From positions 5,146,001 through 5,210,000 of the forward strand of contig CM119377.1 of the NCBI GenBank assembly GCA_051294905.1: 64,000 bases of DNA. The letters are read 5' to 3'. The notes below the pieces were generated by a model that ran no database searches, was not told the DNA's origin, and was given only the letters and a program-made list of their open reading frames with translations. Of the stretch, positions 1 through 11,919 are shown piece after piece. The position numbers were made by a program, and so were the translations under genes. This stretch comes from Botryllus schlosseri. Taxonomy: Eukaryota. The stretch's first letter is position 1. Every line of letters starts with the position of its first letter.

Positions 1-1521
1 TTACTGTGAATAAAGAATATAATAATAACAATGAGAATATCAAAATGCTGAGAAATCGTATACTTCGAGCTAGAAGTAGGCTACCCGTGAAATCATAGTA
101 GTTTACAGCACTGCTCAAGAAAGCATTTTAAACTGCTGAATTTGATTTCAGTCTAAACACATTGTTGTTGTTCAAAGTAAACTATCCTCCTGTGCCCAAT
201 ATCACTATTCCTCACGAGCTGATACGGCTTCGAAAATAATGTAATTTTCTTCGCACTACGCGCGGTTCAATGGTAGTTGATTTTCGATTTTAATATAGTA
301 GCCTAGTGTCCTTTGTAATCAGATCCTCATAGTACAGATGCGAACAGCAGAGGAAAATGATGCGCCCCATTAAAGAAATACTAATTTGTAATCGTGCTGA
401 AGCAAATTTGTTTCTGGAAGGCCTACGTTTTGACGAATCTAATATCTTTCCACTATACCGACAATCCCGATGGGAGGTCAAGAAACAACAGCATTAATAA
501 CATTCCTTAAATTTTCGAAGACACCCCCTGCATCAACTCTACCTGCGAATCTGATTACTTGGGCTGAGAAAGGATAAATATTTGATAGTTAGGCTACATA
601 GTAACATGTGAAACTATACTGATATTGAGGGAAATCACTCATGGATATGAAAAAAACTAGAAAACCAGAAAACGAATCCCTGTGGTTATCCACAACATGA
701 CTATCCACGATTTCGTGAGCATAGTAAGCTGATGTGAGTAAAATAGTTTCCGGAGCTCACCGGCAATGGACATGGACATGGACATGGACAGTTTAACGTG
801 GGTATTTCGCCTCCGGTTAGTTCAGTTAGTTACGACTGTGCACTGGAATGCGGAGTAGGCTACATAATTAATAGAAATGAGGCCGTGATAGCACAATGGT
901 TGGCCGCCTTTGATTTAGTTGCTGAAGAGTGTTGTCAGGTATCGTGCGCAGCTCACAGTTCAAAATAGAATGAAAGTGATGAACATGATATTTTATATTT
1001 TTTGTATTTCTTCAATAACATATATATTTATTTTGTGGTAACTATGACCGTCGCCCATGTTAGAGAGCAAATCGTTGTACTGACGTAGAGCTATCACAAC
1101 ATTGTATAGTTAAACTGCGTTGCCTATATTTTTAACTCGATATCGAAGTCATGCGGCCCGCGGCCTCTACGAATTTTGAAAAGTGGCCCACTACCCGTTT
1201 CAAGTTGGCGACTCTTGAGCTATAGACAGACAGAAACTGGTTCGCCGTAATTCCAGGCTTGCGCATAACTACTGTAGTAGGTTTGGCGGGTCCGACAGTA
1301 GCATACGGCAAGTCCGTCGTCTACGGATTGCTGCTTATAAATACGTAGGCCTAACTGGCAGTAGCTGATACGAACGCCGCCTGAGTAAGCTGTTGACTGA
1401 CAGTTCAGCAGACGACAATTGAATTCTCCAGATATATCGTACGGATGGTAACTAATTCGGGTAATTTAGGCATTACGTTATAGCGTACACGAGTAAAGTC
1501 AATATACGATATGCGCTAGGT

Positions 1522-3959
1522 CATGGGCCGGCAAACTTTTCAGCTCATGGGCCGCATTCCGCATTTGAATCCATTCGCGGGCCGCACTATATAAAATTGG
1601 GATACTAAAAGCCGAAATTCAATATTGTTATTTGATTATATAGTTACCGACGACATGGAAATAACATATAGATATTTAAAACAAACCAACATTGATTTGA
1701 TGATAACGTACGCGCGTCATTGACGAGAATTTATCAACTGGTCATCCTCAAAAGTAGGGAAAAAGCCATGTTCCCGATTCATGGAACTGAATGTAAATTT
1801 GAGTATGTGAGCAGCGATCTGTTAATAGATTAGCTAATTGTACTTTGGTTTAACTCGAGGACATGCAATGCTGACTGCATCATTGTCATGTTACGTGTGA
1901 CCGTTAAATACGCTTCTACAATATACAAAGGGTTGTCCAAAATTTGGAAAATCTTACAAATCCCCCGTTGTAATGTCTTATTCTATAGATTATTGATAAA
2001 AAACGACACTGAGCCTGAAAGAAGCTCACAGGAAGGCCGTTAAGATTTCGTGCAAAGCGTTTGAAAGTAGCTGCCGAAGAACGGGCGTGCCACCGACCAT
2101 AGAACGGCGAGAAGACTAGTAATCACGAAACCACGGCTCTTGATTGGCTAATCGGCTATGCTTCAATGACCACGACAGCAGCAGCTTGCTGATTAGGTGA
2201 AGGAGTCTGCTACTGGCGGCGATTCTGAAAGCGCATTGTATGTAGGCTGACAGATAATGATTTAGGATTGATTCAGGGTATGTTGAGGTACGAAATACAT
2301 GATGAACAAACAACAGCTGCTTCACAAAAACGTCTAAAGCATGACTGCTTTATTGTGAAGGAAGCCGCCGCGTAGCCTATATGCCTAGTTTTCAACGAGG
2401 AAAAGCATAGGCGCTTATGCAAGTGGCGACGGATTCCTAGTTTCAGAAAGGATATATCAGTATTGAATACATATTTAAAGCTTAGCAATGACACTATAAT
2501 TTGTGTGATCTTATTGGGCTCGGGTTGTAGTACATAGTTGGAGTTTTGAAAGCTCTAAGGATCGGCTGAATAAGCGGGTTATGTTGGGCATTTGTCAGAT
2601 GCTTCCATCAAACTGTATTCACTTGCAAGTGTTGTCAAAGTCCTTGATGATAACGCAGAAAAGAGGTGTAAAAGTAAGCACAGACTATGCTTGATATGAT
2701 ATACAAACTATGCTGGTTACTGTGCACTATGCAGGATTGTCTGTGCTTACCATTACACCACTTTTCTGCGCGATTATTAGGGACTTTGACATAACATATC
2801 CAGCATAGTATGTGCTCACCTTTACGCCACATTTCTGCGTTATCATCAAGGACTTTGACAACACTTGTAAGTGAATACAGTTTGATGCAAGCATCTGACA
2901 AGCGCCAAGCATAACCCGCTGATTCAGCCGATCCTTAGAGCTTTCAAAACTTCAACTATGTACTACAACCTGAGCCCAATAAGATCACACAAATTATAGT
3001 GTCATTGTTAAGCTTTATATTTGTATTCAATAATGACATATCCTTTGTGAAACGAGGAATCCGTCGCCACTTGCATAAGCGCCTAAGCTTTCCCTCGTTG
3101 AAAACAAGGCATATAGGCTACGGCGGTTGCCTTCACAATAAAGCGGTCATGCTTTAGACGTTTTTGTGAAGCAGCTGTTGTTTGTTCATCATGTATTTCG
3201 TACCTCAACATACCCTGAATCAATCCAAAATCGTTATCTGTCAGCCTACATACAGTGCGCTTTCAGAATCGCCGCCGGTAGCAGACTCCTTGATCACCTA
3301 ATCAGCAAGCTGCTGCTGTCGTGGTCATTGAAGCATAGCCGATTAGCCAATCAAGAGCCGTGGTTTCGTGACTACTAGTCTTCTCGCCGTTCTATGGTCG
3401 GTGGCACGCCCGTTCTTCGGCAGCTACTTTCAAACGCTTTGCACGAAATCTTAACGGCCTTCCTGTGAGCTTCTTTCAGGCTCAGTGTCGTTTTTTATCA
3501 ATAATCTATAGAATAAGACATTACAACTGAGGATTTGTAAGATTTTCCAAATTTTGGACAACCCTCAAAGATCACGAAAACATAAATACTGCTTCTACAC
3601 TTACAAATAACGAATCTATCTAACACACTCGCGAATCGTTTTTTCTAAATACAGCACTAAAAGTGTTGGTAATCTGAAATCACACTCGTTGTCTGAATTC
3701 AATCATAATCGTTTCATTCTCTATGATGATTAGCCACCGAAACCTTTCAAAATGCATGGGCCTGCGGGTTAGGATATCGGGTCATCAATGAAATGAAATT
3801 ATACTATAATTATCATGTTGAAATATATTAGGGAAGAGTTTAATCAAGTACCCAGAGTAATTTGAATTTTAGTACGCATTTTATCAATAATTTGACGTTT
3901 CTTGAGGATTTCGCGGGTCGCACAAAACGGTGTTGCGGGCCGTAGTTTGCCCACCCTCG
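1522..3959. mobile_element. Decayed hAT (Charlie-like) non-autonomous element hosting a foldback insertion
   Basis: Degenerate termini CATGGGCCGGCAAAC (1522) and GTTTGCCCACCCTCG (3959) with GCGGGCCG subterminal motifs; flanks CGCTAGGT / AGGTAGGT match 6/8. Confidence 0.5.
1929..3565. mobile_element. Foldback-type palindromic non-autonomous DNA element (~770-bp inverted arms, ~95-bp spacer)
   Basis: AGGGTTGTCCAAAATTTGGAAAATCTTACAAATC at 1929 is mirrored at 3565. Arms are readable as reverse complements to about 2700/2797. CAA flanks both ends. The ORF track shows mirrored near-identical ORFs 2116-2325(-) and 3166-3378(+). Confidence 0.9.
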
Positions 3960-4833
3960 AGGTAGGTTATATACCTGGGACGGGAAACATACGGCTCGCG
4001 GGCTGGATCCGGCCCGAAACGTGATTTTGACGGCCAGTAGGAAGTTTCCGGTCCTACATGATAATGTGGCCTACGACCACAGTCTTCTGCAATCTCCTAC
4101 TACTTGCTTATTACGTCAATTTATAGTGATTGTAGTACAGCAAAGATCCCTCTAAGCTGCACACGTGCGTAATTGCGTAGTGCTGACACGGTCTCTGCGC
4201 ACAGAAAATCTGAGCTGCGCACAAAAAATCCGAAGTAATGACATTATTTTAGTCGTTACACACTGTTGTCCAAGGGACCGCACAGTGAGTTGGTGAGTGC
4301 GCGCAGACTCGTCAAAAATTAGAGGGAACATTGGTTGTTCGTAGCTTGCGTGCGAGAGTAGAGCTTACGCGTAAGCTCGTCAATACGAGAAGGCTTGCAT
4401 TACCGGCATTTACGCATGTACTCAAGAAAAAAATTTCAACCCCTCGTCCGTATACAATACGTTATACCCGGGGCATCACGCAACACGGCCCGAAGTCACA
4501 GTCTGCCGCAATTCTCCACTACTTACTCACAATGCCAAATTATAGTGACTGTAGGTTATTCATTTTTTTCGAACACAAATAATAGTGATTTTAGGTATTC
4601 TTTGGTCCGTTGTTTTTTTAAATGTTCGACATGCATCAACCACAGCTCGAAGAACTTGTTCACAACTTTGATCGACCACAGCTATCTCATTGACTTCAAC
4701 AGCTATAGAAATACATTACGTAAAAAAATTCATTGCATACTGCTTTTATTTCCATGCTTCAAACTTAAATTTTACATTATATACGATTAATCCTCATATA
4801 GGCATTATCGATTCCGGAATCCTGCCCACCTAG

Positions 4834-5936
4834 CAGAGATGAGCGGATTTGGAATTTTTATGTCCTAATCCAATCCAAATCCGAAACTTCAAATCCATAT
4901 CCAAAACCTAATCCATAACTTTTTCATTTTATAGTCCATGTCCAATCCTAATCCTATTCCAACTTGAAATTGAGAACAAATGCTAATTTATGCAAGGGAG
5001 GGATTGAAAAATTTACTTTGACAACTAACGATTCTCTTGATTTAAGATAACTTAGCATATGGCCGCACCTCTCATGTTCGTTTGCACCGAGTGAGAGAGA
5101 GAGAGAGAGAATCTTTATTCGTATACATTACATATCAACATAACATTACACAAATGTAACAGTGAAATGTGACATGCAAGGTAGACGGGAGGCTCGATAT
5201 GACATAGTCTTCAGAGCCGAGCCACCCGGGACAGGAGCAATTTTCACAGTCGATACCTAATGAATAAAAAATGAAATTAAAATAAACTAACGAACGAAAG
5301 GAAAAATAAGACACAGTATCATGGACCAATTTGAAATACAATGCAAATACAATTCAGTGGTAGTTAGAGATAAGAGAATGAAAACATTGTTTTTTAAAAG
5401 CACAAGAGTCTAAATTGCGGAGATTAGGTTGCAGCTTATTCCAAACATTGACACCAATAAAACTGATCGAATTTTGTACTAGACTGGTAGAGTGGTGTTG
5501 CACAGACAGAGACAAGTTAGAAGAAAATCTGGTATGATGTTGGTGGGTATCTGAAGGTATCTTGAACAGATTATTAAAATATAGTGGCAGTTCACCCTGA
5601 TGATAGCTATGCATAAATTTCATTACCTCAAATTTGAAAATGTCTTCCACTTTCAATATTCTAACGCTACGATACATGCTATTACAATTTTCATATCTAG
5701 ATTTCCGACAGAGTGAACCATAGTGTGGTGTACTATAAGTACATCAATACCTGATCTGAATAAAGTTTGTCGCCATTCGCCACACGACATATTTAATCTC
5801 CCAGAAAATCGGTAAATCCAATCCAAATCCTGATCCGTTCAGAAAAAAAATCTCTAATCCAAATCCAATCCAAATCCGACAAAATTTCACAAATCCTGTT
5901 TTTTCAAAACCTAATCCTAATCCATGCTCATCTCTG
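4834..5936. mobile_element. hAT MITE with AATCC/TAATCC subterminal repeats
   Basis: TIR CAGAGATGAGC / GCTCATCTCTG; perfect 8-bp TSD CCACCTAG at 4826-4833 and 5937-5944. Confidence 0.9.
5094..5700 (-). mobile_element. 5'-truncated non-LTR retrotransposon (CR1/L2/Crack-like) 3' end
   Basis: ORF 5354-5677 (ILKVEDIFKFEVMKFMH..HQHHTR..SISFIGVNVWNKL..LR..FKK) has the typical post-RT C-terminus of CR1/L2-group ORF2. It is followed by a 3' UTR, AATAAA and a (TC)n tail at ~5094-5110. Confidence 0.8.
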
Positions 5937-6168
5937 CCACCTAGTACTTCATTTTCAGATATCCGGCCCGCGAACCGGAGAAGTTATCCGTCCCTGCTAT
6001 ACCCACTGGCGTAGCAGCATGTGCTGCCGCCCCTGGCTCTCGCCTAAAATGCCGCCCCCTCCCATAAGTAGACCGCAGCAAATTTCGACATAGATTCATG
6101 TTCAAGCAACCTTGTCAATAAAAATAATTACAAACAATATGTCGCGTCTCAGCCTCATCGGCTCAACG

Positions 6169-6435
6169 TTAATAATGCCAAAAATAATAAAGAACGATTG
6201 TATTGTGCAAATAGAAAATCAATAGCCGCCTCAAAGCAAAATCAGCGATAATATCCTCAAATTCAAGTTTTTGAACGTTGTCTCTTTTTATAGACAGAAT
6301 AGATAGAGGTGATAACCGATCATCATTCATGGTTGAACGTAAATAAGACTTAATCAGTTTGAGCTTTGATAAGCTCGCCTCACACAGCTCGCAATTGAAA
6401 CCCCAATGGTCCGATAAAGTTTCAGACACGAGCAT
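6169..6435 (-). pseudogene. hAT transposase dimerisation-domain remnant (ZMYM1-like type)
   Basis: CEASLSKLKLIKSYLRSTMNDDRLSPLSILSIKRD..LEFEDIIADFA matches the known hATC motif (ERSFSKLKLIKxYLRSTM..RL..L..LSIE). No upstream catalytic domain is present. Confidence 0.85.
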
Positions 6436-6825
6436 AAATATGGTGTCGAATCAAGTAGCTTCCTAACCACTGTAGAACATCAACCGCTGTTGCACTTCGA
6501 TCTAACGTGGTTTCACTGCTCCGCACCAGCCTCTTAATCCGTTTAAAATCCCAAGTTGAAGAACTTCAATAAAACAAGAGGTTTGATCAAGGTATAATAA
6601 CAGATAACAGAAATAAACATTTTGCTATTAAATTACTTTAGTTACGACAGCGTAAGCTGCAAGCTTCAATCACTTCGTTAGCGGTCAATTTATTTGCGAG
6701 AGAACAATGGAGGCTCAGTACAAGACACGATCAATGAATGAATGATTGGTCGCTCTGACGGGTTACACCACCGTTTTGCGAACAATCCTACCATATGCCA
6801 GACACAGTGATTTATAGCGATATCG

Positions 6826-6985
6826 ATTGCTTCATGACTCGAAATTGACTCGTGATTTTTGCTTCGAGTCACGAGTCAATCCACATTTCTGATACGCCAA
6901 GTCAAGTCAAGTCAAGTCATTTTAGCAAAGTTACTCGAGTCAAGTCAAGTCATACGAAAAAGGTGACTCGAGTCATCCCAACACT
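6826..6985. mobile_element. Fragment related to the GACTCGAGTC MITE family
   Basis: GACTCGAGTC/CAAGTC repeats ending GACTCGAGTCATCCCAACACTG, a variant of the family terminus ..CATTACAACCCTG. Confidence 0.6.
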
Positions 6986-7120
6986 GATTAATTCGTGTTT
7001 TCGGAATCAGCGCGACACTAGCTTTCGATTGCGATCTGTTTGATTAAATTTTAGCTCACGTGACGCCAGCTATAGGACTACCAAATTAACGCTTCTTTTA
7101 GCCGGCTGTGTACACTGTGC

Positions 7121-7372
7121 CGAGCGAGATAGTGTAATGGTGAGGCGTCCGGCTTCTTGATCGGTAGGTCGTGGGTTCGATCCCCGGCCGGGTTAGACCA
7201 AAGACTCGAAAACTGGTATCCGCGGTTATCCCGCTAGGCGCTCAGCAATCACGGAGGGTAAAACGGGGGTGCAGACTAGATGACCTTATTATAAAAACAA
7301 GTCCGTCTCGCATCTCCGTCGTCAGAGCATCTCGATGGTGCAGGCGAAAAATAATTCCATATGTCTCTCTCT
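7121..7372 (+). mobile_element. tRNA-derived SINE with Meta-like central domain
   Basis: A box TAGTGTAATGG, B box GGTTCGATCC, then GGTTAGACCAAAGACTCGAAAACTGGTATCC..GCTAGGCGCTCAGCA, and a (TC)n tail. TSD CACTGTGC at 7113-7120 and 7373-7380. Confidence 0.8.
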
Positions 7373-7769
7373 CACTGTGCAGCCACATTTTGCCTCCCCC
7401 TTGGAGCCTGCCGCCCCTGGCGCAGAGCCAGAACCGCCAATAAGTGGCTGCTACGCCACTGGCTATACCATGCGATAAGTCACGTGATGTGGCATTGTTC
7501 CATAGCAGTTAGGAGAGGGAGAGAGAGAGGCTCTACACAACACTAGTTACCGCAGTCATGTGGCAAGTAGAGGCGAGTACTATCGCCTACGCTCCTAATA
7601 TTATAGGCGGCGATGGGATAAACGTAGGCTAGTGATAAGTGCTTTCATTCATCGTCGCGGAGCATGTTACTGCGGACATGATATCACACGTTTTATATCA
7701 CGACCGAAACAACACCTCGTCAGACGACCCCAAAACATTGGTCTTGGTCCGTAAAGGGTGGTTAACCAA

Positions 7770-8248
7770 ATCCCCCATTACCCTATACGACAGCGTAATA
7801 GCCTTACAACGCACAGTAACCGACAGTAATCGCCCAAATATCATATGATCGACCGAAAAGATCATCGCTTTATCAAATATGCCGGACCTGAATTGCCGAA
7901 CAGTATCCCGCCGACCACCCGACAGTCGACGAGCATGTCCACATTCAAGTCGAAATACAAGCAATTGCTACTAAATGAATACCATAGTCCATCCTCAGGA
8001 TTACCGGACCACGACTTGACCTCGCCTTCCATTACATGCCACCCCAATTTTGTCGCTTGCTTTTTTCAGTACTATCTTCTTTACTTTTCATTCAGTGTGC
8101 ATGCCTCCTCTTTACATCGCCTAGGCCAAGGTGTGTGCCTGATTCCATAGACTGGTCGCTTCGACACTTTCCTATCTTTTCATTGTATCGCAGTTTTGTG
8201 GGGTATGGAACTAATACAAATGCTAAGAAACCAATATTGATGATGATA
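7770..8248 (+). mobile_element. CR1/L2-group LINE 3' fragment
   Basis: Translation FIKYAGPELPNSIPPTTRQSTSMSTFKSKYKQLLLNEY resembles the LINE ORF2 C-terminus. It is followed by a 3' UTR and a (TGA)n tail; the 3' UTR recurs at 60149-60365. Confidence 0.75.
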
Positions 8249-8346
8249 TCTCAAAGTTTTGTAATCGGGCATTTAAAAGTTTTTCAAATTGGGTGTGGAT
8301 ATACCTAGATGCGCTAATTACTCACTGTGTTCTCCGAGTGTGTTAC

Positions 8347-8673
8347 CATAGTGTCATATATGGTGTCGAGTGGACACAGGCAAATCTCACGCCGCAGTGA
8401 AATTGTATCACGTCACAATTTCCATTTGGCTACAGGCAATTTGACGGTTATTTTTGACCGGCTTGCCGAGCAGCATTAAATTTGGTAAAACGGGTATCAA
8501 TCGAAAGCTGACTCTGCACTGATTACGAAAATACCAAATTTACCAAATTTAATGCTCGGCAAGCCGGTCACAAATGACCGTCAAATTGCCTGTAGCCAAA
8601 TGGAAATTGTGACGTGATACAATTTCACTGAGGCGTGAGATTTGCTTGTGTCGACACCATATAGGACACTATG
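8347..8673. mobile_element. Palindromic MITE, P-element-like
   Basis: Arms CATAGTGTC..TATGGTGTCGA..AAATCTCACGCC mirrored over ~140 bp; 7-bp TSD GTGTTAC (8340-8346, 8674-8680). Confidence 0.85.
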
Positions 8674-8687
8674 GTGTTACCATATGT

Positions 8688-9377
8688 TAGGGTTACCATT
8701 GTCCTCTTTTTTGACTTTTTTGAAAGCGTCCTCGGAAGACGCCCTTTTGTCCTCTTTTTTGAGATTTTGTCCTCTTTTTTGAAAATTTAGGTCATATCTA
8801 GAGCAAAATGCGCGTGATATGCCGTAAATCAGCACAGCAGTGACGCTTAAACGGTCTTTTGAGCCCTGAGCGAAAAGATGATCTTTTTTCAGTCAACCAC
8901 CTAGCAATGTGGAGGAAGAAACGGTATTTTGGGCTCTGAGCGGGAAAGTTGACCTTTTTTTTCATGTCTCAAATTTCTGAAAAAGTGTCCTCTTTTCAGA
9001 TTTCCCAAATATGGTAAGTCTAATGTCCTCTTTCGAGAGGTTGTCCTCTAATTTTCAATAAATTGAAAGTGTCCTCGAGCGGACGCCCAAATGTCCTCTG
9101 GACTCCACCGCAACGAACGTTGGATTTGGCACAGGGATATCAAGAGTTCTAGATATCACTGAGTTGGCAAGTCAATCCACGAAGAATGCGGCGCGACGGC
9201 AGACGGATAATTTGGCAAAAGACCTGGTAATGATGACCGTTTTTCAGTCAACACACCACTGTACTATTGGTCGAAAAACTTTCAAAATCACGGCAGTTTT
9301 CTTTACCGGTACCAGAGTTACCAAACCGGAATTTTTGAAGTGTCCTTGTTTTCCGATCTCATATATGGTAAACCCTA
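8688..9377. mobile_element. TAGGGTTACCA-type hAT MITE copies/fragments with GAGGACA repeats
   Basis: Terminus TAGGGTTACCAT at 8688; ATGGTAAGTCTA at ~9022 and ATGGTAAACCCTA at 9377. Inverted homolog of 10300-10730. Confidence 0.65.
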
Positions 9378-9497
9378 TTTAAAATGAAGGAGGTAAATAT
9401 AGCTGTTCTTTATTGTGAGCCGTGTTGGTAGAATAGATAAGCGAAGTTAGTAACAAGTGCTATCGGACAGACTTGGACAACTAGAAAATGAAATGCT

Positions 9498-9935
9498 TTC
9501 CCGAATTAGATTAGAATTAGAATTATAGCTGCACAGTTTCCCAAATTAGATTAGAATTAGAATTAGAGCTACACAAGTTTTTCCAAATTTGATTAGAACT
9601 AAAATTGGAGTGACACAGCTTTTTCCGAATTAGATTAGAATTAAAGCTACACAATTTTTTTCCAAATTAGATTAGAATTAGAATTACTGAATTCGCAAAA
9701 ACCTGGATATTGAATGAAATTGCGAATGGAAAATAAATACAGGAAAAATAAGCTCATCAAATCACAGTGCATTTCCGTAACAGTGAGAATGGTTAAAAAT
9801 AGCCTGTACTGTACATCAAGCTTGGCACTGGATTTCCCTGCGCGAGAGGGATATCTTGTAAACTCGCTGCAAAATGCCTCGGAAAAAGGGGCATTTTCAG
9901 GAAAATAATAAAATAGATTAGAATTAAAATTAAAA
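9498..9935. repeat. Minisatellite-like array, ~40-bp unit containing AATTAGATTAGAATTAGAATT
   Basis: About five tandem degenerate units at 9500-9690 plus an isolated copy at ~9915. Possibly subterminal repeats of a MITE. Confidence 0.75.
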
Positions 9936-10103
9936 CATATATGAACAAAATACGGAAATAGCACGATTTTCACTTAATCTACATAGTTCGATGTTCATGA
10001 TAAATATGTTGCTACCATTCTTAAAGCACAAAATCAAAGTGGGGCGTGCCCAGTTGCCGGTCGAGCTACCACAGGTATATAATCACGTGCCTCCTCTCTA
10101 CAC

Positions 10104-11067
10104 CAGTGTTCTCAACCTTTCCGACATTTCGAACCGATAATATACCAAAATGTATGTTGCGGACCGGAACGTTTACCATCAGAAATCAACAGTACACTAT
10201 GCGTTATTTAGCACTGAAGCAGGTGCGCGGCAAAGTAGCTTGCTAACCAATTTGTGGTTGCCATGCGCTACGGTTCACGTGATCCAAGTCCTGCAAATAT
10301 TGGCTTACCATATTTCGGAAATCTAAAAAGAGGACACTTTTTCAGAAATTTCAGACATGCAAAACTGGAGAAGAATTCTCAAAAACCGGTAAATTTTTGC
10401 CCACTTTGTGATCGGTTGACTAAAAAAAAGGTCATCACTTCCGCTCATAGCTCAAAATACCGTTTTACTCTCCATATTGCCAGGTGGATGACTAAAAAAA
10501 AAAAGGTCATCGCTAAAATCACCGCTTTTCCCTCCGAAATACCCGCCGGAGCTTCACTTCTGCGCTAATTTGCGGCATATCACTCGCAATTTCCTCTAAA
10601 TCTGACCTAAATTTTCAAAAAAGAGGACAAAATCTCAAAAAAGAGGACAAAAGGGCGTCCTCCGAGGACACTTTCAAAAAAGTCAAAAAAGAGGACAAAT
10701 CCTCTTGAAAGAGAACGTATGGTAAGCCTATACAAATATTAGCCTATTTGCAAACTTCATTCATCAATGCTGACCTTTTTCTTTTTACGAGACGTGTTAT
10801 ATACGCGGTTCTATTGACGTTTCCGCAAGGCGAAGTGCTGTTAAAAAGCGCTAGGCTCTGAATCTGCTTGTTCCGTATATTTTGAAAGAAATGCGAGTTT
10901 GCTATTGTTAGAAACGCTACTGCTAAATTGTACTGCCACAATTTACGAACTTCGTTTAGACGTGTTCTTACAGCTTCCACATATGACTCTTCCTAAACGC
11001 ATTGTAAGCTCCTTTTATACCGGGAGAAAACTAGTACTGGACCAACGGTTGAGAATGAGAACCACTG
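10104..11067. mobile_element. Charlie-like hAT MITE hosting a nested element
   Basis: Termini CAGTGTTCTCAACC and GGTTGAGAA..GAACCACTG; flanks CTCTACAC / CTCTGCTACAC (degenerate TSD). Confidence 0.55.
10300..10730. mobile_element. hAT MITE (TAGGCTTACCATA terminus)
   Basis: Termini TTGGCTTACCATA / TATGGTAAGCCTA; TSD TGCAAATA / TACAAATA (7/8). Confidence 0.75.
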
Positions 11068-11919
11068 CTCTGCTACACCAGAGGACTCAAACTCAAATGT
11101 GCTCGCGGGCCATAATTTCCTACTTTTTGTTGGTACCGCGAGCCTCCGCACCAATAATATGGGAATTCAATGTCTTTCTGAATAGCCCGTATTCGACGGG
11201 ACCTTGCAGACTGACATACCACACGCATCTTAATAATGCGATTTACTATTTTGAATTCACGCTTGGCACGAAACAAAAATATTTGAATAAAATAGCTGCT
11301 GTAGACAGCATGCGAGAGTACAAATGCAACAGCACATCGTAAAAGCTGTCGCATTATAATTTTGCAGTTAGCGGAAATTTGACGTGTCACAATTATAGGT
11401 AGAATATTTTCGAATTTTACAAAGATTGATCTGATATTAGAGCATTAGAGCAATACAGCCTAATCCGGGTTTCAGGCTTAGGCTACTCCAGATAACAAGG
11501 CTCTTGATCATGTCATTATACCTACGTCAATTTAAATCAACGTTAGATTTACCTTCGAATATTGGAACAGATCTAAAACGACTTGAATATAATGATTACT
11601 GTGCCATAGCAATATAAATGTCCAATCGCCGAAGTATTCATTGATCTTCCACTCAGTGGTAACCAGGGCTTTGGAGCCGGAGCCGGAGCCCGGAGCCGGA
11701 GCCCCGGAGCCGTGCATTTTCACCGGAGCAGGAGCCGGAGCCGGAGCTCTACACAAAATTCAGCCGGAGCCGGAGCTGGAGCCCGTTATTTGAGGAGTAG
11801 CTCCGGCTCCGACGAATTTCATAAGATGCTATTATATAGCCTAACAACCACATCTGCTGATTGATCATAATTGAACAGCAGGCCTGAATTTTAATGCTGT
11901 GCACAGCAATGACATAGAG

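Larger units (their letters stand above)
3975..5996. mobile_element. hAT-type non-autonomous element (outer layer of a nest)
   Basis: Termini CTGGGACGGGAAAC..GCGGGCTGGATCCGGCCCG and TCCGGCCCGCGAACC..TATCCGTCCCTG. No clean TSD. Confidence 0.55.
6004..7461 (-). mobile_element. Internally deleted hAT element with transposase C-terminal remnant
   Basis: TIR CACTGGCGTAGCAGC / GCTGCTACGCCACTG; perfect 8-bp TSD GCTATACC (5996-6003, 7462-7469). Confidence 0.9.

Noticed and set aside
2116-3378. Pair of near-identical 69/70-aa ORFs as duplicated small genes
   Set aside because: They are a by-product of the palindrome arms and have no protein-family features.
7121-7195. tRNA gene
   Set aside because: A and B boxes are present but there is no complete cloverleaf; it continues into a SINE body with tail and TSD. 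The same applies to 50.9 kb and 61.5 kb.
11532-11756. Pro-Ala repeat ORF
   Set aside because: Translation of the (GGAGCC)n subterminal array of a hAT element.
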